The notes under the pieces are model-generated. The model ran no database searches, was not told where the DNA came from, and was given only the letters and a program-made list of their open reading frames with translations. Of a DNA stretch of 64,000 nt, positions 32,894-43,223 are shown piece by piece. Within the stretch, counting starts at the first letter, position 1. Every line of letters begins with the position of its first letter. The translations under genes and the position numbers were made by a program. The DNA comes from Pirellulales bacterium (GTDB lineage Bacteria; Planctomycetota; Planctomycetia; Pirellulales; PALSA-1355), in NCBI GenBank assembly GCA_963733035.1, contig CAVTBU010000005.1, positions 1,376,001 to 1,440,000 on the forward strand. The letters are read 5' to 3'.

Positions 32894-33074
32894 GCGATAC
32901 GATTTCTTTCTGTCAGGCACAAAGACCCGTCACCCGGACGGCGTTTTTTGGCGCGGCATGGATCAAAAGAACCGGTGCGTCCAGAATCTTCATTCGCGGT
33001 CCATTGACCAACGCACTACCGGGACGAGACTATAGATAGCCTGTCTTCGCCACTCAAGCTCGCCATGCACGACC

Positions 33075-34106
33075 ATGCGGCGCATCCTGATTCTGGAAAC
33101 CACCTGCGATGAAACGGCCGCGGCTGTCGTCACCGACGATCTCGAGGTTCTTGGCTCGGTCGTCGCCTCGCAAGATGAACTGCACAAAAAGTATGGTGGG
33201 GTCGTGCCCGAGATTGCGTCGCGGGCACATGTCGAGCGAATTCTGCCGGTGATTGACGAAACGCTGCGGAGAGCCAAACTGACTGTCCGTGACATCGATG
33301 CGGTGGCCGTGGCCAATACGCCCGGACTGGCTGGGTCGCTGCTCGTTGGGCTCTCGGCCGCAAAAACATTGTGCCTGGCGCTCGGAGTGCCACTGCTCGC
33401 CGTGAATCACTTGCAGGCGCATATCTACGCCTGCCAGTTGGCAGCCCGGCGCGAAGTATTTCCTTGCCTGGGCCTGATTGTTAGCGGTGGGCATTCCAGC
33501 CTCTATCGCTGTCACTCGCCGCTGGACTTCGAATTGCTGGGGGGCACCATTGACGATGCTGCCGGCGAAGCGTTCGACAAAGTTGCCAGCCTCCTCGGCC
33601 TTCCGTTTCCTGGCGGTCCGGCAATGGATCAAGCCGCCAAACAAGGGAATTCGCAAGCTTTCGACCTGCCGCGACCGCTGCTTGACTCGGACCGGCTGGA
33701 CTTCAGCTTTAGCGGCCTGAAGACAGCCGTGCGGTACCGCATCTGTCGTCCTGGCGAAAGCGTGCCAACGTCGCTCGATCCGCAATTGGTGGCCGACCTT
33801 GCGGCCAGCTTCACCGAGGCGGTCGTGGACTGCTTGTGGGGGAAGACCAAACTCGCCCTCGAACGGACAGGGCTGAAAAGGCTTTGCGTTGGTGGAGGTG
33901 TGGCTGCTAATTCGAGGCTTCGCCAGCGGTTGGAACAGCAGTGCACGGATCTGGGCATCGAGCTGTTCATCCCGCCCATGCGGCTATGCACGGACAACGC
34001 CGTGATGGGAGCGATTGCTGTGGAACGATTGCGTGCTGGAATGACCGAGCCCCTGGACTTGGACGCCCACCCTGGGCTAATGCGCCCTATTCGGGCTGGC
34101 TCCTAG
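33075..34106 (+). CDS. tsaD: tRNA N6-adenosine threonylcarbamoyltransferase TsaD
   Basis: ETTCDETA, GGVVPEIASRAH, NHLQAH, VSGGHS, DDAAGEAFDK, CTDNAVM. Confidence 0.95.
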   Translation: MRRILILETTCDETAAAVVTDDLEVLGSVVASQDELHKKYGGVVPEIASRAHVERILPVIDETLRRAKLTVRDIDAVAVANTPGLAGSLLVGLSAAKTLCLALGVPLLAVNHLQAHIYACQLAARREVFPCLGLIVSGGHSSLYRCHSPLDFELLGGTIDDAAGEAFDKVASLLGLPFPGGPAMDQAAKQGNSQAFDLPRPLLDSDRLDFSFSGLKTAVRYRICRPGESVPTSLDPQLVADLAASFTEAVVDCLWGKTKLALERTGLKRLCVGGGVAANSRLRQRLEQQCTDLGIELFIPPMRLCTDNAVMGAIAVERLRAGMTEPLDLDAHPGLMRPIRAGS

Positions 34107-34175
34107 CGCGCCTTCGGTCAACAAGTTCGCGCTGGACGGCGGGCAGCCGATACGTGGTCAAATCGCGAGGAACGC

Positions 34176-37100
34176 TCAGAAAGAGCCGCTACCGGAACTA
34201 CCGCTGCTACCTGAACTCGTACCGGTGCTGCCGCTAATCAGGTTGAATGTTGTGACATCGCCGACACCAGTGAAAAAGGGCATGGGCGAGACCCGGATGT
34301 ACCGGCGATCCGCCGAAACCACGCCCGACCCCATCAACGTAGCGCCCGAGGGAAGCACGGTAATGACCGGCTGATATCCGACGGCCTGATTGGCGAACGG
34401 AATGCCGAGCTTTCCCGCACGCGAAACACCCAGACGGCCGTTGGCGCCCTGCGAGGAATTTGCCTCTTCGTTGACGAGTTGAGACACGATGGCCTGATTG
34501 ACGGCCAACTGTGTCTGGGCAGCATTCACCAATTGGTGTTCGGCGAGCGGCTCTTTCCGGCGTCCTTCGGGCAAGTCGAACACCATCAAAGCGTCCTGTT
34601 GGCCGAGCGGGATTTGGTCCCGCATGTGTTTTTCTTGTGGTGTGCCGTAGTGTGCATACAGGTCGACCGTGACCTTGCCTGCCGTGATCTTGCCCCACAC
34701 GCGGCGGATCAGCACGCGGTAGGTACCGGCGAAGGCCTCGGGACACTCGTACGTCTCGGTCGTCGATCCTTCAACTCCACTCCGATCGTCGGAACTGCTA
34801 TCGCCCAGCAATACACCGCCGTCGGCAGTGCGCGGGTTTCGGAAAGTGCAGATCGTCCCCGACGGTCCTTCAACCATCAAGTCAACGTCGGCATCGCCGG
34901 TCCAGGTGACTTTGACAATGCAGTCGCGAATGGAAGCCTTGTCGAGTGCCGCTTGGAAACGCTCGGCTTCCTCGTTACGATTTTCGCTCTTCAGTTGGGC
35001 GATGGCCGCGGTGGCGGCACGTTTGGCTTGGCTGACGACTTTTGCCTTATCCTTCGGCCAGGCCTGTTTGAGAATTCCCAGGCTCGACCAGCGAACACCG
35101 TCCATGTCGCCGACCCGCTGGGCCAATTGCAGACCATACAAATACGGCTCGGGCCGCAGGGGCTCGAGCAGGGCAACATGGTGAAACACCTTCAAGGCCC
35201 GCGATTCAAGGCCGCTACGCCCCATGTATTGCGCTGCGTAGAGAAGTTCATCAGTTGAATCGCTGAAATCAACGGCCGACATCAGAGCTCGTTCGATCTC
35301 GCTCCGAGGGCTGCCGGCAGCCTGCATCGCCAGCGACACCGCTTCGTACATCCACGGCTGCGGGTGCCCTTGCCGCAAGGCAGCCCGGATGAGACCCACG
35401 GCGTCATCGAACTTGTGAGCTTGCATGAGCTTCCGAACCGTCGCGCGGACGTCCGCATCGGAAACGTCTTTGTGGCTGTCGAAGTAGTCACTCCAAGCCG
35501 TTTCCGAATCGACACCGGTCGCGATAGCCAGCTCGATCGCGACGGGTTTTTTGGCCGGCTTACGAACGGTCTTAGCAACTGGCTGCGGAACGGGCTTCGC
35601 GGGTGCGGCCGGAGCTTTTGTGGCGGCCGATTGAGTCTTGGACTTGGGTCCGAGCTTGAGGTCATCAGGCACGGCAAACATGCCGCCACCCATGCCACCG
35701 CCCATGCCACCCATGCCACCGCCCATGCCACCTCCCATGCCGCCCATGCCACCTCCCATGCCGCCCATGCCACCTCCCATGCCGCCCATCATGCCACCGC
35801 CCATCATGCCACCGCCCATCATTCCGCCACCCATCGACTGCACGGGAATGACCAGGTCGGCAACGGGATAGGCTTTTGTAACCAGCTCGGTTTCCGCCTT
35901 GTCCTGCGTGGTGATCAAGAGCACTTCATCCTTGATGAGGTATGTCAGGTCGTACTCGCCAAGCAGCAACCGCAAGGCCGACTTGAGCGAGATTCCATTC
36001 ACGTTTCGCGTAACGGGTGTTTCGGAACCAACGCCCGCATCTTCCAAAGCACGATTATCGAGTTGGATTTCAATGTCGTGGTAGTCCTTCAAATAAGCCA
36101 CCGCATCGCTCAGGGGCATTTCGGTGAATTCCATTCGCGTGGGGCTCTCCAGCGCGTCGCGAATCTTCTTCTCGATCGCCGAAACTTTCTTGAGGTCGGT
36201 CGACGTGTACCGTTTTCGGCGTTCGGTCATTTCCTGCCAGAGGTCGGCCGGCGGGTAAACCACCGGTTGATCATCCGGGAACGGCATTAGGGCAACTTCC
36301 ACGGTACCGAGCGTATCGACGACCGCCTTTTGCCGAGCCATCCGCAGCGCCAGGTCCGCCTCACGAGCGCCGGTCATGTGGGCCGTCAAGGCCGCCGATT
36401 GCCCGATCGGCAGATTGGGGTCCAGGCGTGCCACTTCCATCTCGCCAATTTCGTCGGCCGCCACGTAGCGCCCCTCTTCCATCAGCGAATTGAAGCGATC
36501 CATCAACTGCTTGATCTTCTCTTCTTTGCGAATCAAGTTGTTCGCAATCCGCAAACGGTCAAGCGCACCGGCTTGCGCCAATTCGTGCTGCTGTTGGAGA
36601 ATGTCCTTCGTGGCCGACCGGCGGGCCGACTCGCGCAAGGCCGCTTCCAATTGTCCGCGAAGTTGTGCCCGCACCTCGGCCTTCAGTTCCGGCGAGTGAA
36701 CCACGCGACCCAGCAACATCTTGAGGTCGTCCTCGATGGCGGCCGGGTCGGATTCCATACGGGCGCGAGCGGCGCGGAGCGCATCGTCTACTTCCGTGCG
36801 AATCAGGTCGGTCATGAGCCGATTGTGCTGCTCGATATTCTCCAAGAGTCGACCTTCGCCTTCGTTCACCTCATCGACTTCCGGAGTTGCTGGGCCAAGA
36901 ATCTCAGCCGGAGCCGGAGGCGTCGCCAGCCTGGGTGCAGCCGTGGTTGGTGCCGGTGGAGTCGCCTGTTCATTGGAGAACTCCCGGACTTCCAGCCCGT
37001 CCCGGGCCTTCGCGGCAACCGTGCCGCCGGTACGCTGTTTGTCGAGTTGTTTTCGCACCGCCAGGGCGGCTTCATCGTGAGGATCGCGACGCAAGGCTTC

Positions 37101-38228
37101 ATCGGACAAGCGAGTTGCTGTCTCCAAGTTGCCGGAAATAAGTGCTTGCTGGCTCAATTGACCCAGCAAATGCGTCCCTTCGTTGACCATCCGCCGCGCT
37201 TCCTGCAGGCCACGGGTACCCAGAGTCATCAGCCGCACGCCGCCATCGACGTGGGAGGCCTCAACCAACACTGGCAGGAAGGCATAGTCAGGATTCGCCT
37301 CGCCAACGTCGAGCGTCCAGCGGAACGTCTGATCCTTGGTGCCGGCACGGGCAACCATTTCGACCGAGAACTCATGGGGCAATTCCGCTCCCGCCTTTCC
37401 GAGCACGATCGTATCCCGATCGGTCCGCAAAGGGGGCATCTTTTGCGGGTAGATTTCCGCCACGGCTTCCGGCCATGCCGTGCTGGTCGGCCATAGCACG
37501 GTGCCGCGCACGGCACTTGCCAGGAAGCTTCCGGCCTGTTTCGGGTCGATGCTGTCGTCATCAATCGCCAACATGCCGCCGGTTTGATTCGCCAGGCAGG
37601 CCATCAATTGACCATCGACTTGCGGGCCGATTGCATAACTCGACACCGAAACCCGCGCGTTAACCAATTCGTCGACTAACTCACGAAATTGTTCCACGCC
37701 CAAATAGGAGGCGGCGCTCACGCCATCGCCGATGTATACGACTGTCCGCTGCGCCGTGCTGTTGCCATCGAATTTTGCAACTGCTGCTCGCAGGGCACCG
37801 GCCAAGTCCGTCGCGCCCAGGGGAACACGTTCACGAAGCGACTGAAGAGCAAGCTTGACTTGGTCGCCCTGCGGCGATGCAAAACCCGGCGAAAGCGGCA
37901 CGGCATCCAAATCGACGGCCATCAGCTGAACGCGATCGGTAGACGCAAGACCGGCCACGAGCGCGTCCAGCGATTCAAGCGCTTTCTCGCGAATGATGCC
38001 GGTCTGGCTAGCCGACGTGTCGAACAAAATGACGACGTCGCGCGGCCCAGTCGCGGGTACAGTCGCGTTGGGCGCCAGATTCAAGGCGAAATAGGTCGTG
38101 CCATCGGCAGCAGTATAGCTCTGCAACGACGGTTCGGGGATTGCCGTATCCGCCTTCGCGAAAAGACCAACCAGGGACGCCCCGACAAACAGCGCGAGCG
38201 CGGTCAAACGAAACTGGTGCCTCGACAT
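34176..38228 (-). CDS. Large secreted protein: VWA domain, helical region, secretin-N-like domain, Gly/Met tract, TPR-like region
   Basis: Signal peptide; VVILFDTSASQ MIDAS; SLKSALRLLL...YLIKDEVLLITT; C-terminal VVSADRRYIRVS. Confidence 0.8.
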   Translation of the reverse strand: MSRHQFRLTALALFVGASLVGLFAKADTAIPEPSLQSYTAADGTTYFALNLAPNATVPATGPRDVVILFDTSASQTGIIREKALESLDALVAGLASTDRVQLMAVDLDAVPLSPGFASPQGDQVKLALQSLRERVPLGATDLAGALRAAVAKFDGNSTAQRTVVYIGDGVSAASYLGVEQFRELVDELVNARVSVSSYAIGPQVDGQLMACLANQTGGMLAIDDDSIDPKQAGSFLASAVRGTVLWPTSTAWPEAVAEIYPQKMPPLRTDRDTIVLGKAGAELPHEFSVEMVARAGTKDQTFRWTLDVGEANPDYAFLPVLVEASHVDGGVRLMTLGTRGLQEARRMVNEGTHLLGQLSQQALISGNLETATRLSDEALRRDPHDEAALAVRKQLDKQRTGGTVAAKARDGLEVREFSNEQATPPAPTTAAPRLATPPAPAEILGPATPEVDEVNEGEGRLLENIEQHNRLMTDLIRTEVDDALRAARARMESDPAAIEDDLKMLLGRVVHSPELKAEVRAQLRGQLEAALRESARRSATKDILQQQHELAQAGALDRLRIANNLIRKEEKIKQLMDRFNSLMEEGRYVAADEIGEMEVARLDPNLPIGQSAALTAHMTGAREADLALRMARQKAVVDTLGTVEVALMPFPDDQPVVYPPADLWQEMTERRKRYTSTDLKKVSAIEKKIRDALESPTRMEFTEMPLSDAVAYLKDYHDIEIQLDNRALEDAGVGSETPVTRNVNGISLKSALRLLLGEYDLTYLIKDEVLLITTQDKAETELVTKAYPVADLVIPVQSMGGGMMGGGMMGGGMMGGMGGGMGGMGGGMGGMGGGMGGGMGGMGGGMGGGMFAVPDDLKLGPKSKTQSAATKAPAAPAKPVPQPVAKTVRKPAKKPVAIELAIATGVDSETAWSDYFDSHKDVSDADVRATVRKLMQAHKFDDAVGLIRAALRQGHPQPWMYEAVSLAMQAAGSPRSEIERALMSAVDFSDSTDELLYAAQYMGRSGLESRALKVFHHVALLEPLRPEPYLYGLQLAQRVGDMDGVRWSSLGILKQAWPKDKAKVVSQAKRAATAAIAQLKSENRNEEAERFQAALDKASIRDCIVKVTWTGDADVDLMVEGPSGTICTFRNPRTADGGVLLGDSSSDDRSGVEGSTTETYECPEAFAGTYRVLIRRVWGKITAGKVTVDLYAHYGTPQEKHMRDQIPLGQQDALMVFDLPEGRRKEPLAEHQLVNAAQTQLAVNQAIVSQLVNEEANSSQGANGRLGVSRAGKLGIPFANQAVGYQPVITVLPSGATLMGSGVVSADRRYIRVSPMPFFTGVGDVTTFNLISGSTGTSSGSSGSSGSGSF
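35679..35835 (-). repeat. Coding low-complexity repeat encoding (GGM)n/(GGGM)n
   Basis: Tandem CCCATGCCACC/CCCATGCCGCC units on the + strand. Confidence 0.9.
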
Positions 38229-38686
38229 CGACGTGTCTCCACTCACAAAGTGCCGGCGGCCAGGCATACATCGTGTTCCGATAGCGATGGCCAAAGCGCG
38301 CGGATTGAGTTGCTAGAACAAGCGGCCGGGGAGTTCCCTGCCCGAACGCCTATTCTATTCGGTCAACAGAAGTTACGCCAGAAAATTCGCCGAAAATTGT
38401 CGTCTTGATTGGGCCGGATAGTCGGCCGGGACGACGGCGATCTTGCGTACGCACACCGCGTGGTGTCGCAAATCTCGTGAAATTCGCCTGCGGCCCACTT
38501 TTCTCGTCGGCGCCAAGTAAAATTGCGGCCCCCGACCGCTGAGACCACAAGTCTTCTGGCCCCAAATTGGCGATTTTCGTATTTTGCGTCCCAATGCCCT
38601 AGTTTGTCCCCGTGTGTAAGGCTCGCCTGGCAGGTAACAGGCTCCTACCTAACCGGATGCCGCCTCGCGCGGCCCACAGAATTGCC

Positions 38687-39892
38687 ATGAAAAAGACCGC
38701 CCTTCTCTGCGTCCTCTCAGCCGCGGCCGGAGCATTTGGCTGGGAACTATGGCTGACTGTTTTGGCGCCATCGGCCCTGGTTGCCGAGGAACCTCGACTC
38801 CAAGCCCGCCCGGGAGCACCACGGTCCGAAAACAGCCCGATCGCGCCAGCATTTGTCGGAGCCCATCGTTTGCCCGTCCCGCCGAGCGACGACGAACTGA
38901 CACCAGAGGAGCGGATCAATGTGGCCGTCTACGAGAAGGTAAACCGGAGCGTGGTCAACATCAGGACCGAAACGGTACGCACCGATGCGTTCTTTTTTCT
39001 GGCCACCGAGGTGCCGGGTGAAGGTGCGGGCTCCGGGTCGGTGCTCGACATCCAGGGCCACGTGCTAACGAACTATCACGTCATCGACGATGCGAGGGCG
39101 ATCGAAGTCACGTTGTTCGATGGCAAGACGTACGAAGCCCGCGTCGTTGGGCACGACGAATCCAACGACATTGCAGTGCTCAAGATCGACGCGCCTGCCG
39201 ATTCGCTGGTGCCTGTCGAACTTGGCGACTCGCGATATCTGCGGGTCGGACAACGGGTGTTTGCGATCGGCAATCCGTTCGGCTTTGAACGAACGCTGTC
39301 GATCGGCATCATTTCCAGCCTGAATCGAACACTTCCGGCCCGCAACCACCGCTTAATCAAATCCGTTATTCAGATCGACGCTGCGATTAATCCGGGCAAC
39401 TCCGGGGGGCCGCTGTTGGACAGCCACGGGCGTCTGATCGGCATGAATACGGCCATTGCCAGCCCGACCGGCCAAAGCGCCGGTGTGGGATTTGCCATTC
39501 CCGCGGCAAATATTACGCGCGTCGTACCACAATTGCTGAAGCGAGGACGAGTGATTCGTCCGGACGCGGGAATTACGCATGTGTATCCAACGGATAAGGG
39601 TCTGTTGATTGCCGCCATGGCGCCGGGGGGAGCGGCGGAGAAGGCCGGGCTGCAAGGATTCCGGATTGTGCGACAGCGACGCCGCCAAGGACCGTTGTCG
39701 TACGAAACACGCACCATCGACCGTCACGCGGCGGACTTGATCATTGCCGTCGATGGCGAAGTAATCACCTCGCCGAGCGAGTTCTTGTCGCTCATCGAGG
39801 CGCGCGAACCTGGCGACGAAGTTGTATTGACAATCGTCCGAGACGGCCAACAACTGCGCGTTCCGTTACGACTCACGGCGGATGACTCGTAG
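38687..39892 (+). CDS. HtrA/DegP-family serine protease with PDZ
   Basis: LTNYHVI, DIAVLKI, IQIDAAINPGNSGGPL. Confidence 0.93.
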   Translation: MKKTALLCVLSAAAGAFGWELWLTVLAPSALVAEEPRLQARPGAPRSENSPIAPAFVGAHRLPVPPSDDELTPEERINVAVYEKVNRSVVNIRTETVRTDAFFFLATEVPGEGAGSGSVLDIQGHVLTNYHVIDDARAIEVTLFDGKTYEARVVGHDESNDIAVLKIDAPADSLVPVELGDSRYLRVGQRVFAIGNPFGFERTLSIGIISSLNRTLPARNHRLIKSVIQIDAAINPGNSGGPLLDSHGRLIGMNTAIASPTGQSAGVGFAIPAANITRVVPQLLKRGRVIRPDAGITHVYPTDKGLLIAAMAPGGAAEKAGLQGFRIVRQRRRQGPLSYETRTIDRHAADLIIAVDGEVITSPSEFLSLIEAREPGDEVVLTIVRDGQQLRVPLRLTADDS

Positions 39893-39945
39893 TACGCCCT
39901 CAACAGTCATGCGCGAACACCAACTCATTGTGACTCGGCATGAGC

Positions 39946-40035
39946 CTACGGTCCCAGCGTCGCGCGACCCACCGCCCAAATTACTAGGAACAGAATTGCC
40001 GTAATCAGCAGCACACCCAGGGTCGAAAAGAACAT
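39946..40035 (-). CDS. Possible 29-aa single-TM small protein
   Basis: MFFSTLGVLLITAILFLVIWAVGRATLGP: clean hydrophobic helix in an otherwise empty gap. Confidence 0.3.
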   Translation of the reverse strand: MFFSTLGVLLITAILFLVIWAVGRATLGP

Positions 40036-40494
40036 CGCGTCTACTTTTGTTAGTTCAGAAATCAACGCTACAAAACAAATTCGCCAACATCCTCTCGAAC
40101 TGAATCGAGACGTCAGAATGGATTTCAACGTTGTGCCGGCCGACTGTCAACGGCGAACCGAAGTCGGTCGGGAGGAGGATTCGCGAAGCCATTCCAACGG
40201 GTCCTCGATGTGCTCGTTCACTCCGGTCTGACATTCGTCTCTGACGAAGTGCGCCCCCGACACTGACTTTCATCGCCCGACGTAAAGTTAGCACACGAAG
40301 TGCTTTAGGCGCAATGGGTCACGCCGACCCCCCAACATCGGGTATTTCGCGCAATCTTGAAAATTTTCTCACAAAATTCGAAACGATTGCGACGCGGCGC
40401 GGTTTGAGCGGTTACTCGGAACGGGTCGGATTCAACCGGTGCATCCGACTGTCTAAATCCGCGCGCATGGGACTATTTGCAAAGGAGCGAGCTA

Positions 40495-41394
40495 ATGAGA
40501 CTGATGAAAACCAGCGCGGCCCTGCATGTGGCCGCGGCACTCGCGTTCTTATTGGTGAGCGCGAGCGCTAGGGCGTCGATGATCAGTTGGGACGTCGACC
40601 CAAGCCAAAGTTACATCCGACTGAACCTGCCAGATCAGGCCGTCACGGTCGATACAACGACGGCTACCATTCGTCTGCGCGACGCCAATAGTACTTCGAA
40701 TTGGACGGACGCAGGCGGAAAACGAGCGTTTCTTGATGGAACGATCGCCACAGACTTTGTGGACGGCGCATCCATCGAGTTCCTCTCTGGTCTGAACAAC
40801 CTGTTTGCACTAGAGCAAACGAGTCTGCGACCCAATCCAGCCGCGTTCAACCCAAACCTGGTCGACGGTTCGAACCCAGACGGGACCTATACCGACACGA
40901 GCACGGCGCTAGCCGCCTTCGGCGCGCGGGTACGCGGATCCGTGTCAATTTTGACTCTGGACCTTGGCTATCTGGCGATCCGAGATGTCCTGTTTGACAT
41001 CGGAAGCGGCATCGTTCCTCTCGACGGCCTGGGAAACTATCTCGGCAATACGACAGCCGTGGGAATTCCGTCCTCCGTGGTCGATGTCGATGGGCTTAAT
41101 GCCGCACTCGTTGGGCAGGTGATTCCTGACGTGTACCATGCCAGCCTGACGGTGCCTAGTCAGACGAACACGGCGGGAGGCACGGTTACGAATCTGGGCG
41201 GTCTGCTGCGGCAACTTACCGTTAGCGTGAATGTGCCAATCGCGATTGACCTCGACGGGACGATCGTTACCGGAAGTGCGACGGGACAGATCGTGGCATT
41301 CGCCGTCGTCCCTGAGCCAAGCTCGCTGCTGATGGCGGGCATCGCTGCGCTTGGTCTGTGTTGGGCAGGCCGAGGGCGATTCAGTACCCGCTAA
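40495..41394 (+). CDS. PEP-CTERM sorting domain secreted protein
   Basis: Signal peptide (ASARA); VPEPSSLLMAGIAALGLCWAGRGR. Confidence 0.88.
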   Translation: MRLMKTSAALHVAAALAFLLVSASARASMISWDVDPSQSYIRLNLPDQAVTVDTTTATIRLRDANSTSNWTDAGGKRAFLDGTIATDFVDGASIEFLSGLNNLFALEQTSLRPNPAAFNPNLVDGSNPDGTYTDTSTALAAFGARVRGSVSILTLDLGYLAIRDVLFDIGSGIVPLDGLGNYLGNTTAVGIPSSVVDVDGLNAALVGQVIPDVYHASLTVPSQTNTAGGTVTNLGGLLRQLTVSVNVPIAIDLDGTIVTGSATGQIVAFAVVPEPSSLLMAGIAALGLCWAGRGRFSTR

Positions 41395-41424
41395 ACAACT
41401 CGCGTTCCTTGTCTAGCGGAGACT

Positions 41425-41459
41425 GCGTGGCAGGCACCTACGCGCGGTGCCTGCCACGC
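41425..41459. terminator. Perfect 14-bp hairpin between convergent genes (terminator or REP-like)
   Basis: GCGTGGCAGGCACC-TACGCGC-GGTGCCTGCCACGC. Confidence 0.6.
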
Positions 41460-41494
41460 TCGTCGCGTGCTCCAGGGCAGCCCAAAGTCCGTCC

Positions 41495-43195
41495 TTAGGC
41501 GGTCCGCTGAATTTCCAGCCCATGTTCGTTGATCATCAGCTCACGGATTTTGAACTTTTGAATCTTGCCCGTGACTGTTTGCGGGAATTCTTCCACGAAC
41601 TTGACATACCGCGGAACTTTGAAGTGCGCGAGGCTGGCTCGGCAAAACTGGCGTATTTCGTCCTCGGTGGCCGTGCAGCCCGCCTTCAACTTGATCCAGG
41701 CACACAACTCCTCGCCGTATTTCTTGTCGGGAACCCCTAGAACTGCCGACTGTTCAACGGCCGGATGTTCGAATAAGAACTCCTCGATCTCGCGTGGATA
41801 AATGTTCTCGCCACCGCGAATCACCATTTCCTTAATACGCCCGGTAATTTTGTAGTAGCCGTTCGGGAGCCGGACCGCCAGGTCGCCGGAATGCAACCAG
41901 CCATCAGCGTCGATCGCTGCGTGCGTGGCCTCAGGGTTCTTGTAGTAGCCGATCATGATGTTATGACCTCTCGCGCAGAGCTCCCCTTGCTGATTGTCGC
42001 CGAGAGTGCTGCCGGTGGCCGGATCGATGATTTTGCACTCAACGCCCGGGAACAACGTACCCACGGTCTCGACCCGTAGTTCCAGCGGGTCGGTCGTGCG
42101 GCTTTGTGTAATCAGGGGAGAAGCTTCGGTAAGTCCGTAGCCGATCGTCACTTCCCGGGCGCCCATCACTTCAATAACCTGCTTCATGACCTCGATCGGA
42201 CAGGGACTGCCGGCCATGATGCCGGTGCGCAGCGACTTCAGATTGCGCTCGGGCAGCGAGGGGTGTTGAAGCTGTGCGATAAACATCGTGGGTACGCCGT
42301 ACAGCGCCGTGGCACGCTCTTTCTCAATGGCCGCGAGCGTCGCCTCGGCGTTGAAGCTCTCGGCCGGCACGACCATCGCGGCCCCGTGAACGACCGCCGT
42401 AATCGTTCCCAACACGCACCCAAAGCAGTGATAGAACGGCACTGGAATGCAAATCCGGTCTTCGGCCGTCAATGCCTGGCACATCCCGGCGTAATATCCA
42501 TTGAGCAGCAGATTGCGGTGGCTGAGCGTGGCCGCCTTGGGAAAGCCGGTCGTTCCGGAGGTGTACTGGATATTGACCGGCTGAGTGGCCTCGAGGCGTT
42601 TTTCGACCGCGGACAGTTGCTCGTCGCTTACCCGCTCGCCGCGCTTCAGCATCTCGTTCCATGTGATACCGCCGTGCGGGCCTGCGTCCTCCAGGGCGAC
42701 GACCCAGCGGAGGCAAGGAAAATCCTTGGCTTCCAACTCTCCAGGCTCTGAACGGCCTAGTTCGTGACAAACTTCGGACAACATTTCGAAATAGTCTGAC
42801 GTCTTGAAGCGATGTACGAGAAACAAGGCGACTGAATCGCTTTGGTTCAGCACGTATTTGAGTTCGAACGGACGATACGCAGGGTTGATGTTTACTAACA
42901 CTGCACCAATCCGTGCGGTGGCGAACTGCAGGATCACCCACTCCGGCACGTTGGTAGCCCAAATTGCCACGTGCTGGCCGGTCTCAATGCCCAGGGCTAA
43001 CAATCCCCGTGCAGCCCGATCGACTTGGGCGTCGAACTCGTGGTAGCTCATCTTGAGCCCCAGCGCCGGAAACACCAGCGCGTCGTTTGCCGGATGTTGC
43101 CGTGCAATGCTGCGGAGCACTTCCCCTAAGGTAAGACCATCCACCCAGGGCATGGCCTGCCGATCCGCCGCGGGAGTACGCTTGGTCGTGGACAT
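41495..43195 (-). CDS. AMP-binding acyl-CoA synthetase
   Basis: QYTSGTTGFPK, GYGLTEASP, WLHSGDLA, RGGENIYPREIEE, TGKIQK. Confidence 0.93.
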   Translation of the reverse strand: MSTTKRTPAADRQAMPWVDGLTLGEVLRSIARQHPANDALVFPALGLKMSYHEFDAQVDRAARGLLALGIETGQHVAIWATNVPEWVILQFATARIGAVLVNINPAYRPFELKYVLNQSDSVALFLVHRFKTSDYFEMLSEVCHELGRSEPGELEAKDFPCLRWVVALEDAGPHGGITWNEMLKRGERVSDEQLSAVEKRLEATQPVNIQYTSGTTGFPKAATLSHRNLLLNGYYAGMCQALTAEDRICIPVPFYHCFGCVLGTITAVVHGAAMVVPAESFNAEATLAAIEKERATALYGVPTMFIAQLQHPSLPERNLKSLRTGIMAGSPCPIEVMKQVIEVMGAREVTIGYGLTEASPLITQSRTTDPLELRVETVGTLFPGVECKIIDPATGSTLGDNQQGELCARGHNIMIGYYKNPEATHAAIDADGWLHSGDLAVRLPNGYYKITGRIKEMVIRGGENIYPREIEEFLFEHPAVEQSAVLGVPDKKYGEELCAWIKLKAGCTATEDEIRQFCRASLAHFKVPRYVKFVEEFPQTVTGKIQKFKIRELMINEHGLEIQRTA

Positions 43196-43223
43196 TCTTG
43201 GATCCGCCCTCCCCGAAAAGTTG

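Noticed and set aside
35679..35835. Tandem repeats as a possible CRISPR array
   Set aside because: Short in-frame codon repeats encoding Gly/Met with no unique spacers and no cas genes
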